Positions 56,349 to 64,000 of a stretch of DNA of 64,000 nucleotides are shown here, one piece after another; position 1 is the first letter of the stretch; the number at the start of each line of letters is the position of its first letter. The notes beneath the pieces are model-generated. The model was not told the origin of the DNA, ran no database searches, and saw only the letters and a list, made by a program, of their open reading frames with translations. Made by a program: the position numbers and the translations under genes. Origin of the DNA: Thermoanaerobaculia bacterium (GTDB lineage Bacteria; Acidobacteriota; Thermoanaerobaculia; Gp7-AA8); the NCBI GenBank assembly GCA_034664845.1, contig JAXDGW010000047.1, positions 16,369 through 80,368 of the forward strand, written 5' to 3'.

Positions 56349-57719
56349 ATGATGATGAGGCGAGCCGTCGTGCTGCTGGTGGCCCTCTACGCTGTCGCCT
56401 GCGCCACCGCACCCGCACCTGTTCCGCAGCCCAAGATGGCGAGCCGACCGCCGTCGCCACCGTCCGTCACAAAGCTCCAGACCGATGAATACCGGCGCGC
56501 GCTCGAAGCAGCGTACGGCGAGATCGTGGCGCGGGAGGGAAAGCCGGTCAGCGCGCCGAAGGTCGACGTCGAAGCCCTCGTCTCGATGCCGATCCCCGAA
56601 CACGAAACGATCCGCGGCGCGCTTCAGTACTTCACCACCGACCTCAAGCCGAGCATCCAGGAGTCGCTCATCCGCTCGGCAAAGTACAAAAACCTGATCG
56701 ACAAAGCGCTCGACGAAAACAAACTGCCGCGCGGACTGGCGTATCTGCCGGTCATCGAGAGCGCGTACGTGCCGACCCTCACCTCGCGCGCCGGCGCGCA
56801 TGGCATCTGGCAGTTCATGCCGGAGACCGCGCGCGAGTACGGCCTGCGCGTCGACTGGTGGATGGATGAGCGCGCCGATCCCGAACGCTCAACGCGCGCC
56901 GCCGCCGTCTATCTGCGGGATCTCTATCGCCAGTTCAACGATTGGCCGCTCGCGCTGGCCGCCTACAACGCCGGACCGGGCCGCATCCGCCGCGCGATGG
57001 AATCGACCGGCGCCTCCACGTTCTGGGAGTTGCTCGACGCCGCTGCTGTCCCGAAAGAGACGCGCGGCTACGTGCCGACCTTTTTCGCCACGCTGACGAT
57101 TGCCAGCGATCCGAAGACGTATGGCTTCCGCCTCGGCCAGCCGGTTGATTTCGATCACAAAGCGGTCGAGGTCGAAGGCCCGCTGTCGCTTCGCTATCTC
57201 GCCACGATTGCGAAGGTGGACGAACGGCTTCTACGCGATCTCAATCCCGCGTTCCGGCAGGGCGTTCTGCCCCCGGGGAAGTCGACCGTTCATGTTCCAT
57301 CGAAGGCAGCCGCCGTCGTCACCGCGCGTGCGACAACCTTGAAGAACGAAGACGCGAACATCGCCGTCTGCTCATACACGCTTCGCGACGGGCAATCGCT
57401 GAACCGCCTGGCGCGCACGATCGGCACTGACGTCGACACGCTCCTGTCGATGAACAACCTCCGCTCAGCCGACGACATTGGCGGGGGCGATTCGATCTAC
57501 CTCCCGGTGCGAGCGCGCGAGCTCGGATCCCTCCTCGCGCACAACGAGACGTATTACGCGGTGAAGAAAGGCGACACGCTCTACTCGATCGCCAAGAGCA
57601 ATCATCTCTCGGTCGAGGAGCTGCTCGAGATCAACGAGCTCGATCCGGATCACACGCTCCATCCCGGCGAGCGGCTGCGAGTGACCGCGCCGCGCGCGCT
57701 GACCGCCGGCGGGATGTGA
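56349..57719 (+). CDS. mltD: Lipoprotein lytic transglycosylase with LysM domains
   Basis: Lipobox VAC; IESAY, GIWQFMP, AAYNAG and ETRGYVP motifs; LysM YAVKKGDTLYSIA. Confidence 0.88.
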   Translation: MMMRRAVVLLVALYAVACATAPAPVPQPKMASRPPSPPSVTKLQTDEYRRALEAAYGEIVAREGKPVSAPKVDVEALVSMPIPEHETIRGALQYFTTDLKPSIQESLIRSAKYKNLIDKALDENKLPRGLAYLPVIESAYVPTLTSRAGAHGIWQFMPETAREYGLRVDWWMDERADPERSTRAAAVYLRDLYRQFNDWPLALAAYNAGPGRIRRAMESTGASTFWELLDAAAVPKETRGYVPTFFATLTIASDPKTYGFRLGQPVDFDHKAVEVEGPLSLRYLATIAKVDERLLRDLNPAFRQGVLPPGKSTVHVPSKAAAVVTARATTLKNEDANIAVCSYTLRDGQSLNRLARTIGTDVDTLLSMNNLRSADDIGGGDSIYLPVRARELGSLLAHNETYYAVKKGDTLYSIAKSNHLSVEELLEINELDPDHTLHPGERLRVTAPRALTAGGM

Positions 57720-57721
57720 AA

Positions 57722-57797
57722 AGGCAGAGATCAGGAAGCAGAGATCAGAGATCAGCGCGTCCTATCACCTCCGCGTTCTCATCTCATTTCTACCCTC
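57722..57797. repeat. Inverted heptamer repeat (GAGATCA-type)
   Basis: gcagagatcaggaagcagagatcagagatcag with a degenerate pyrimidine-rich complementary arm. Confidence 0.55.
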
Positions 57798-57855
57798 AGG
57801 CCGCCGGCCTCTACGCCGAGGGCCGTGCCAAGGTTTAGCATGTTCTTACGGAGGC

Positions 57856-58207
57856 ATGAACGCTGTGGCAGAAACGAAGCGGCATCGCATCGCTATGGGC
57901 GTCAATGCAGAAAGGCAACCCCCTGGCTCATGATCGAGGAAATGATGTCCGACGTTTCCAACGAGGAGATGGCGCGAGTACCTCCGGCGAATTCGCGCGC
58001 AATCGATCAAAAGCTCTACGGCAGGAAGGTGAAGGTGACGCGCGCTACGAAATGAGCGGGTACTTTGCGACACTTTACTTCGTTGTGCTCATCGAGAGAG
58101 ATGACCAGCACCATGAGGCCGCGAAACGAATTTCTGCTTCACTTGCGCGGGCAACGGTTGTCACCAGCGACCCAGTGTTGATCGAGCTGCTGAACTATGA
58201 TCAATAA
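57856..58207 (+). pseudogene. Decayed antitoxin + PIN toxin pair
   Basis: The ATG with GGAGG RBS (57856) is out of frame with the antitoxin-like PWLMIEEMMSDVSNEEMARVP...LYG; the PIN start at 58052 (MSGYFATLYF) lacks the first catalytic Asp and stops after ~51 aa. Confidence 0.65.
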
Positions 58208-58314
58208 GGCCTGAGCCTCACTCCAACCCGAGCGCGCTCCTTGCAATGCCAACGAGCGACCCGCTTGGAGTTTGGGCGCAACCATTCGATCTTATGTGAA
58301 GGAGCTTTTTCACT

Positions 58315-58563
58315 GTGGCAAGAGGATTCGAAAGCAAGGCCGTTGACTCGCATCGTCAGGACGTGGAAGACGAGCGCGAGGCGCGCCGGAGCGGCAAGCG
58401 TCTCGATGTTCACGAGATCGAGCGCCGCCAGAAACGCGAAGGGCTGGAGCTCTCGCGAAGGCGAATCGCGACCGAGCTCGACGCGGCGACGAACGACCGC
58501 CGCCGCGAATCGCTGCGCGCCGCACTCGCGCATCTCGACAACGAGCTGGCGAAGTTGCAGTAG
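58315..58563 (+). CDS. Small hypothetical protein (MARGFESK start)
   Basis: Charged coiled-coil ORF with backbone-like codon usage. Confidence 0.7.
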   Translation: MARGFESKAVDSHRQDVEDEREARRSGKRLDVHEIERRQKREGLELSRRRIATELDAATNDRRRESLRAALAHLDNELAKLQ

Positions 58564-58632
58564 CGCGGTTGCGTGATTCCGAGGTTCGCGGTGCCGCGCA
58601 ACTTCGAGACTCCGCGACCCCGCAACCGCAAC
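58564..58632. repeat. Inverted octamer microsatellite
   Basis: gcggttgcg tgattccg aggttcgc...gcaacttc gagactcc gcgacccc gcaaccgc. Confidence 0.7.
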
Positions 58633-58673
58633 AATGAAATGCCGCGCCTCAGCCCTTCGTTTCGCCCCCCACC

Positions 58674-61472
58674 ATGGCTGAGAGCAGTGACTACAAGAAA
58701 ACGCTGAACCTTCCGCAAACCTCCTTCTCGATGAAGGGGAACCTGCCGCAGAACGAGCCGAAGCGGCTCGAACAGTGGCGCCTCATCGACCTCTACAAAC
58801 TCATTCGCGAGAAGTCGGAAGGGCGGCCGAAGTCGGTTCTCCACGACGGTCCTCCGTATGCGAACGGGCACATTCACATGGGCCATGCGCTCAACAAGAT
58901 CCTCAAAGACATCGTCGTCAAATCGAAAACGATGATGGGTTACGACTCACCCTACGTACCGGGATGGGACTGCCACGGCTTGCCGATTGAGCACGCCGTC
59001 GACAAGGAGCTCGGCTCGAAGAAGAAGGAAATGTCCTCCGCCGATTTCCGGCGCGCCTGCCGCACGTTCGCCGAGAAGTTCGTCTCCATCCAGCGCCAGG
59101 ATTTCATCCGCCTCGGCGTGTTCGGCGATTGGTTCCATCCCTACGAAACGATGGCGTATCAATACGAGTCCGACATCGCCTACGCCCTCGGCCGTTTCTT
59201 CCGCACCGGAATGGTCTACAAAGGACTCAAGCCTGTGCACTGGTGTACGTACGATCAGTCCGCGCTGGCGGAAGCCGAGGTCGAGTACGCGGATCACACA
59301 TCACCGTCGGTGTACGTGCGCTTTCGCCTCACCGACGAATCGGTCAAGAGCCTAGACCTGCCGATCGAGAAGCCGTGCTACGCCGTCATCTGGACCACGA
59401 CCCCCTGGACGCTTCCCGCCAACCTCGGCATCGCCGTGAAGCCCGACTTCGACTACGAAGTCGTCGAGCACGACGGTGAGAACTTCATCATCGCCGGCGA
59501 GTTGGTCCCCGAGGCCGTGACGAAGTTTGGATGGAACGAGTATCGCGTCGTCAAAGTCTTCAAAGGCGCCGCGTTCGAGCACCTCAAGTACCGGCATGCC
59601 TTCCTGCCGCGCGAAGGCGTCTTCGTGCTCGGCGACTACGTCACTCTCGATGCTGGAACAGGACTCGTCCACACGGCGCCGGGTCACGGCGTCGACGATT
59701 TCAAGACTGGCCAGCGCTACGGACTGGAGACGTACACGCCGGTCAATCATCGCGGCGAGTTCACGCCGGACGTGCCGCTTTGGGCCGGAATGCACGTCTT
59801 CAAAGCCAATCCGCTGATTGTCGAACACCTTCGCGAACGCGGCGCGCTGCTGCACGCCGAGACGATCACGCACTCCTATCCGCATTGCTGGCGTTGCAAA
59901 CACGCCGTGATCTTCCGCGCCACCGAGCAGTGGTTCATCTCGATGGACGACAAAGGCCTCCGCGCGAAGGCGCTCGAACAGGTTCACAGCGTGAAGTGGT
60001 TTCCGGCCTGGGGAGAAGAGCGCATGGCCGGCATGGTCGAGAACCGTCCCGACTGGTGCATCTCGCGGCAGCGCACCTGGGGCGTTCCGATCACGGTCCT
60101 CTATTGCGAAGGCTGCGGCGAGCCGGTCACGTCGCCCGAGCTGTTCGATCGCGTGAAAGAGTTGTTTCTCGTTGAAGGAGCGGATGCCTGGTATGACCGT
60201 CCGGCCACCGACTTCCTTCCTGCGAGCTACGGCTGCGCGAAGTGTGCCGGCACGACGTTCCGCAAGGAGCTCGACATCCTCGATGTCTGGTTCGACTCCG
60301 GCTGCTCGCACCTCGCTGTGCTGAAACAGCGTCCCGAGCTGACGTGGCCGAGCGACGTCTACATCGAGGGGCACGACCAGCATCGCGGGTGGTTCCAGTC
60401 ATCGCTGCTCGTCGGCACGGGCCTCGAGGGCGCCGCGCCGTTTCATCAGGTCATCACCTGCGGCTTCCTCATCAACGAACAGGGCGACAAGATGTCGAAG
60501 TCGCGTGGCAACGCGCTGTCGCCGCAGGAGGTGCTCAAGCAGCACGGCGCCGACGTCATCCGCCTCTGGGTGTCGATGATCGACTACCAGACCGACATGA
60601 CCATCGGGCCGCAGATCATGGGCCGTGCCGCCGAGGCTTACAAGAAAATCAGGAACACGGCGCGGTACCTGTTGTCGAATCTGAACGGCTTCGAGCCGGA
60701 ACGCGATGGTGTTCCGCACGACCAGCTACTCGACGTGGACAAGTGGGTGTTGTCTCGCGCCGCCGAGGTATTTGAACGGTGCCGACGCGCGTATGAAGCT
60801 TACGAGTTTCACATCGTCTACCACCGCATCCTCGATCTCTGCACGGTCGTGCTGTCGTCGCTTTACCTCGACATCTCCAAAGACACGCTCTACTGCGATG
60901 GCCCTGCTTCGGCCAGCCGCCGTTCGGCGCAAACGGCGATGTACGAGATCCTGCGCGGCATGGTGGCCTTCCTCGCGCCAATCCTGACGTTCACGACGGA
61001 AGAGATCTACGAGGCAATGCCAGGCACGAAGGAGCAGTCGGTGCATCTCATCGACTTTCCTTCGCTCGCTGCTCCCGCAACGGACTCCGCGGCGTGGGAT
61101 CGAATCTTCCGCGTTCGCGAAGCTGTCTCCAAGGTGCTCGAAGGGGCGCGCGCGGCGGGAACGATCGGCCAATCGCTCGAGGCCGACGTCACACTTCACG
61201 GCGTCACGCGTGAGGCAATCGCCGGCGGACTCGACGTCGATCTCGCCAAGGTCTTCATCGTCTCGCACGTCGACTTCGCACCAGGCGCCGCCGACGCGGC
61301 AATCGAAATCGAAGGCCTCGGTCCAATCGGCATCACGATGTCGCCTGCACGCGGAAAGAAGTGCGGCCGCTGCTGGCAGTACCGCGAGGAAGTGCTCGAA
61401 GACGGCGGACTCTGCGCGCGATGCGATGAGGTCGTGGTGACACTCGAGGTTCCGGAACAACCGACGGTGTAG
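58674..61472 (+). CDS. ileS: Isoleucine--tRNA ligase (type 1, C-terminal Zn finger)
   Basis: [25 protein letters not shown] and CGRCW...CARC motifs. Confidence 0.98.
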   Translation: MAESSDYKKTLNLPQTSFSMKGNLPQNEPKRLEQWRLIDLYKLIREKSEGRPKSVLHDGPPYANGHIHMGHALNKILKDIVVKSKTMMGYDSPYVPGWDCHGLPIEHAVDKELGSKKKEMSSADFRRACRTFAEKFVSIQRQDFIRLGVFGDWFHPYETMAYQYESDIAYALGRFFRTGMVYKGLKPVHWCTYDQSALAEAEVEYADHTSPSVYVRFRLTDESVKSLDLPIEKPCYAVIWTTTPWTLPANLGIAVKPDFDYEVVEHDGENFIIAGELVPEAVTKFGWNEYRVVKVFKGAAFEHLKYRHAFLPREGVFVLGDYVTLDAGTGLVHTAPGHGVDDFKTGQRYGLETYTPVNHRGEFTPDVPLWAGMHVFKANPLIVEHLRERGALLHAETITHSYPHCWRCKHAVIFRATEQWFISMDDKGLRAKALEQVHSVKWFPAWGEERMAGMVENRPDWCISRQRTWGVPITVLYCEGCGEPVTSPELFDRVKELFLVEGADAWYDRPATDFLPASYGCAKCAGTTFRKELDILDVWFDSGCSHLAVLKQRPELTWPSDVYIEGHDQHRGWFQSSLLVGTGLEGAAPFHQVITCGFLINEQGDKMSKSRGNALSPQEVLKQHGADVIRLWVSMIDYQTDMTIGPQIMGRAAEAYKKIRNTARYLLSNLNGFEPERDGVPHDQLLDVDKWVLSRAAEVFERCRRAYEAYEFHIVYHRILDLCTVVLSSLYLDISKDTLYCDGPASASRRSAQTAMYEILRGMVAFLAPILTFTTEEIYEAMPGTKEQSVHLIDFPSLAAPATDSAAWDRIFRVREAVSKVLEGARAAGTIGQSLEADVTLHGVTREAIAGGLDVDLAKVFIVSHVDFAPGAADAAIEIEGLGPIGITMSPARGKKCGRCWQYREEVLEDGGLCARCDEVVVTLEVPEQPTV

Positions 61473-61477
61473 AGCTT

Positions 61478-61534
61478 TGGTTGCGCGGTGGCAACACCGC
61501 GCGACCGCGAGACTGCGCGACCCCGCAACCGCGA
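61478..61534. repeat. Octamer microsatellite hairpin
   Basis: ggttgcgcggtggc...ccgcgcgaccgcgagactgcgcgaccccgcaaccgc. Confidence 0.7.
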
Positions 61535-61559
61535 GTCACACCTGCTACGCTGATCCCGC

Positions 61560-62375
61560 TTGCGCTACGCTGACCTTCACACGCATACGTATCACTCCGA
61601 CGGCACTCGCTCGCCGCGCGAAGTGATCGATGTTGCCCTGGCCAGCGGCATCGAGATCGTGGCCATCAGCGATCACGACAATCTCGCCGGTTACTTCGAG
61701 ATCAAGACCTACGCTGATGAGCGAGGTGCGACGCTCGTTCCCGCGACGGAGTTGTCGTGCACGTACGAAGGCGCCGACATCCACATCCTCGCGTATGCCT
61801 TCGACGCGCACGACGAGCGGATCGAGTCGCGGCTGCGCGGTTTCCGCGAGACGCGGGAAACCCGAGGCCGGCGCATCGTCGAGCGACTTCGCGGTCTTGG
61901 CTACGGCATTACCTTCGAACGCGTCCAGCAGCTCGCGGCGGGAGGGGCCGTGGGCCGCCCGCATGTTGCGCGCGCGCTGGTCGAAGGAGGATTTGTCGCT
62001 TCTGTTTCGGAAGCCTTCGATCTCCTGCTTCGCCCAGGCAAACCGGGCTACGTCGAGAAGGAGCGCTTCGCCATCGACGAAGCAGTCGCGCTGATTCGAG
62101 CCACCGGCGGGGTGACGTCGATCGCCCATCCGACGCTTTACCCCGATCACGCCCGCATCGTCCCGCAACTGCTCGACGCCGGCATCGACGGGATCGAGGT
62201 TCTGCATCCCGACGTCGACGAGGCCTCGCGCGAGACCTACACGAGCATCGCCCGCTTCCGCGGCAAGATGCTGACCGGCGGCTCGGATGATCACGGGAGC
62301 GTAAAGAAGACCGAGACGCTGGGAACGATCAAAGTGCCGGAAGATTGGATCGGTCCGATTCTCGACCGGCTGTAG
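61560..62375 (+). CDS. PHP domain phosphoesterase
   Basis: DLHTHTYHSDG, SDHD, GRPHVARAL, AHP and GGSDDHG motifs. Confidence 0.92.
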   Translation: MRYADLHTHTYHSDGTRSPREVIDVALASGIEIVAISDHDNLAGYFEIKTYADERGATLVPATELSCTYEGADIHILAYAFDAHDERIESRLRGFRETRETRGRRIVERLRGLGYGITFERVQQLAAGGAVGRPHVARALVEGGFVASVSEAFDLLLRPGKPGYVEKERFAIDEAVALIRATGGVTSIAHPTLYPDHARIVPQLLDAGIDGIEVLHPDVDEASRETYTSIARFRGKMLTGGSDDHGSVKKTETLGTIKVPEDWIGPILDRL

Positions 62376-62380
62376 CGCCA

Positions 62381-63319
62381 ATGATCACGAGACTGTCCGA
62401 GGTCTGGCCGGAGGTTGAGCACGTCGCGCGTGCGAACGGCGTGGTGCGTATCGGCGCCAGCGATCTCGCTGATTCGCACGGTAGTCTCTTCGATGTTTGG
62501 CTCGATCGCGGCCACCACGCCACGATGAGCTACCTGGCACGAACGCGCGACGCACGGCGCGATCCCGCAACACGCTTTCCTTGGGCGAAGTCGGCGATTG
62601 TGATTCTGGTGCCTTACTCAGCGACGCGGCCCGAGGCACCCACGAACGCGCTTTCGAACTACATCGCCCGCTACGCCCTCGGCGACGACTATCACGAGGT
62701 TCTCGATCGCATCCTTCGCCAGATCGAGCCGGTCGTTGCCCCGTACGGAAAAACATGGCGCTACGTCGATACCGGTCCGCTGTCCGACCGCGCTCTGGCC
62801 ACGCAAGCGGGACTCGGCTGGATCGCCAAAAACGCGATGCTGATCAACGAGCAGATCGGCTCGTACACGTTCATCGGTACGCTGCTGACCTCGCTCGAAA
62901 ATGATCTCGTCCCCGATTCCGTCGCCGACCGCTGCGGCACCTGCACGCGCTGCATCGAGGCCTGTCCCACCGACGCAATCCTCCCCAACCACACCGTCGC
63001 CTCGGAGCGCTGCATCAGCTACGCGACCATCGAACACCGCGGCGATCTCCCCGACCTCCCACTGGCCGGCAATGCCTTCGGATGCGATATCTGCCAGGAA
63101 GTCTGTCCCTGGAACCACGAGCCCGCCGCCACGCATCCAGCCTTCGCACCGCGAGACGAATACCGCGCCACGCCAGTCACCGATCTTCTGCGTTACGAGC
63201 AGGCCGATTTCTCCGCGCTGTTTCGCAAGAGCGCCGTAAAGCGCGCCAAGCTGGCAGGCATGCAACGGAACGTCGCCGCGTTGACAGAGGAGGAAAGCCG
63301 AGGGATGCTGAAGCAATGA
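62381..63319 (+). CDS. queG: Epoxyqueuosine reductase
   Basis: ARYALGDDYH, VDTGP, AGLGWIAKN, CGTCTRCIEACPT and GCDICQEVCPWN motifs. Confidence 0.94.
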   Translation: MITRLSEVWPEVEHVARANGVVRIGASDLADSHGSLFDVWLDRGHHATMSYLARTRDARRDPATRFPWAKSAIVILVPYSATRPEAPTNALSNYIARYALGDDYHEVLDRILRQIEPVVAPYGKTWRYVDTGPLSDRALATQAGLGWIAKNAMLINEQIGSYTFIGTLLTSLENDLVPDSVADRCGTCTRCIEACPTDAILPNHTVASERCISYATIEHRGDLPDLPLAGNAFGCDICQEVCPWNHEPAATHPAFAPRDEYRATPVTDLLRYEQADFSALFRKSAVKRAKLAGMQRNVAALTEEESRGMLKQ

Positions 63320-63585
63320 CGAAGGTTAACGGTAAACCGATCGCTCGTATTGAACCGGCAGGTGGCGTTGGTCTGCCAGTTCAGCCGAGCAACAACTCGT
63401 TCGGCCCGCCGCGCATGAAGCGGGATCCAGTGGAATCGCTTCTCGTCGATCAAGGCCTGATACGCGAGCCGATCACATTTCCCGATCCTGGGCTCGGACG
63501 GCTCGGCGACTGGACACCGCCGTCGCTTCATCTCAATTGGGATCCTGTCGAAGACCTCCTCGCTGAGCGAGACCGGCATCGGTGA
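63316..63585 (+). CDS. Phd-like antitoxin, N-terminally truncated (possible remnant)
   Basis: NGKPIARIEP and terminal DPVEDLLAERD resemble the next gene. Confidence 0.5.
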   Translation: MTKVNGKPIARIEPAGGVGLPVQPSNNSFGPPRMKRDPVESLLVDQGLIREPITFPDPGLGRLGDWTPPSLHLNWDPVEDLLAERDRHR

Positions 63586-63597
63586 CCGCGGATAATC

Positions 63598-63879
63598 ATG
63601 ACCAAAGACATCACAGTGCAGGAGTTGCAGGAACACTTCGCGGATCACATGGAGGAAGTGCGGCGTGGCATGACGTTGCGCCTGATCGATGGCGGGAACC
63701 CTGTTGCCAAGATTTTGCCGAACGAAACGAAGCCGGCCGAAACGAAGCCGGGCGAGACTCCCGAGGACATGATCTATCGTCGTGCGGTTGGCTCCTTCGC
63801 CGATTTCGTCCTGCCGCCTCCAATTGAGTCAGATGTCGACATCGTCGACTTCCTTCGTGAGGACCGAGACTCTCGGTGA
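63598..63879 (+). CDS. Phd/YefM family antitoxin
   Basis: ITVQELQEHFADHMEEVRRG...GNPVAKILP...LREDR. Confidence 0.8.
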   Translation: MTKDITVQELQEHFADHMEEVRRGMTLRLIDGGNPVAKILPNETKPAETKPGETPEDMIYRRAVGSFADFVLPPPIESDVDIVDFLREDRDSR

Positions 63880-64000
63880 AGCTGTACATCGACGCCTCCG
63901 TCATTCTGCGAATCGTGGTCAACAAGCCCGAGGCGCTTGGCGGCTGGAAGACATGGATCTCTCCGACATCGAGCGTGCTGCTCCAAGTCGAATGCCTTCG
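63876..64000 (+). CDS. vapC: PIN-domain toxin, 3'-truncated by window edge
   Basis: GTG start overlapping the antitoxin stop; MKLYIDASVILR...SSVLLQVEC. Confidence 0.8.
   Translation, partial: MKLYIDASVILRIVVNKPEALGGWKTWISPTSSVLLQVECL

Noticed and set aside
57815-57830. Sigma-54 promoter at TGGCACG (minus strand)
   Set aside because: No GC at the required GG-N10-GC spacing.

Overview
A GC-rich bacterial chromosomal segment. The gene content (MglA homologue, MXAN_5187-like domain, GVATGV-type sigma-54 activator, surface protein with a repeated C-terminal tail) suggests an Acidobacteriota/Thermoanaerobaculia-like organism; this is inference. The backbone is housekeeping, envelope and signalling genes: plsC, selA, lysS-lolC/E, a nuclease-DinG/XPD helicase, asnB-arnT, an M28 peptidase, an AmmeMemoRadiSam radical SAM enzyme, cax, mglA, mltD, ileS, PHP and queG. 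Accessory patches interrupt it: toxin-antitoxin pairs and lower-GC genes at ~12.8-17.7 kb, an island at ~24.1-28.7 kb, and TA remnants at ~57.8 kb and ~63.3 kb. Four observations stand out. (1) The 24074-28668 island is bounded by inverted 42-bp arms whose hairpins show fully compensatory changes; it carries a split hicB, a decayed tRNA-Asp half and Uma2, but no recombinase. (2) About a dozen intergenic inverted 7-9-mer microsatellite hairpins look like empty versions of that element. (3) A sigma-54 activator sits upstream of a -24/-12 promoter driving an unannotated 52-aa membrane peptide plus RsbW-RsbV-RsbU, with no sigma factor nearby and a GAF module shared between activator and phosphatase. 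(4) A large protein contains a divergent class III nucleotidyl cyclase core. No CRISPR array, rRNA, intact tRNA, integrase or transposase was seen. All calls come from motif reading without database searches.
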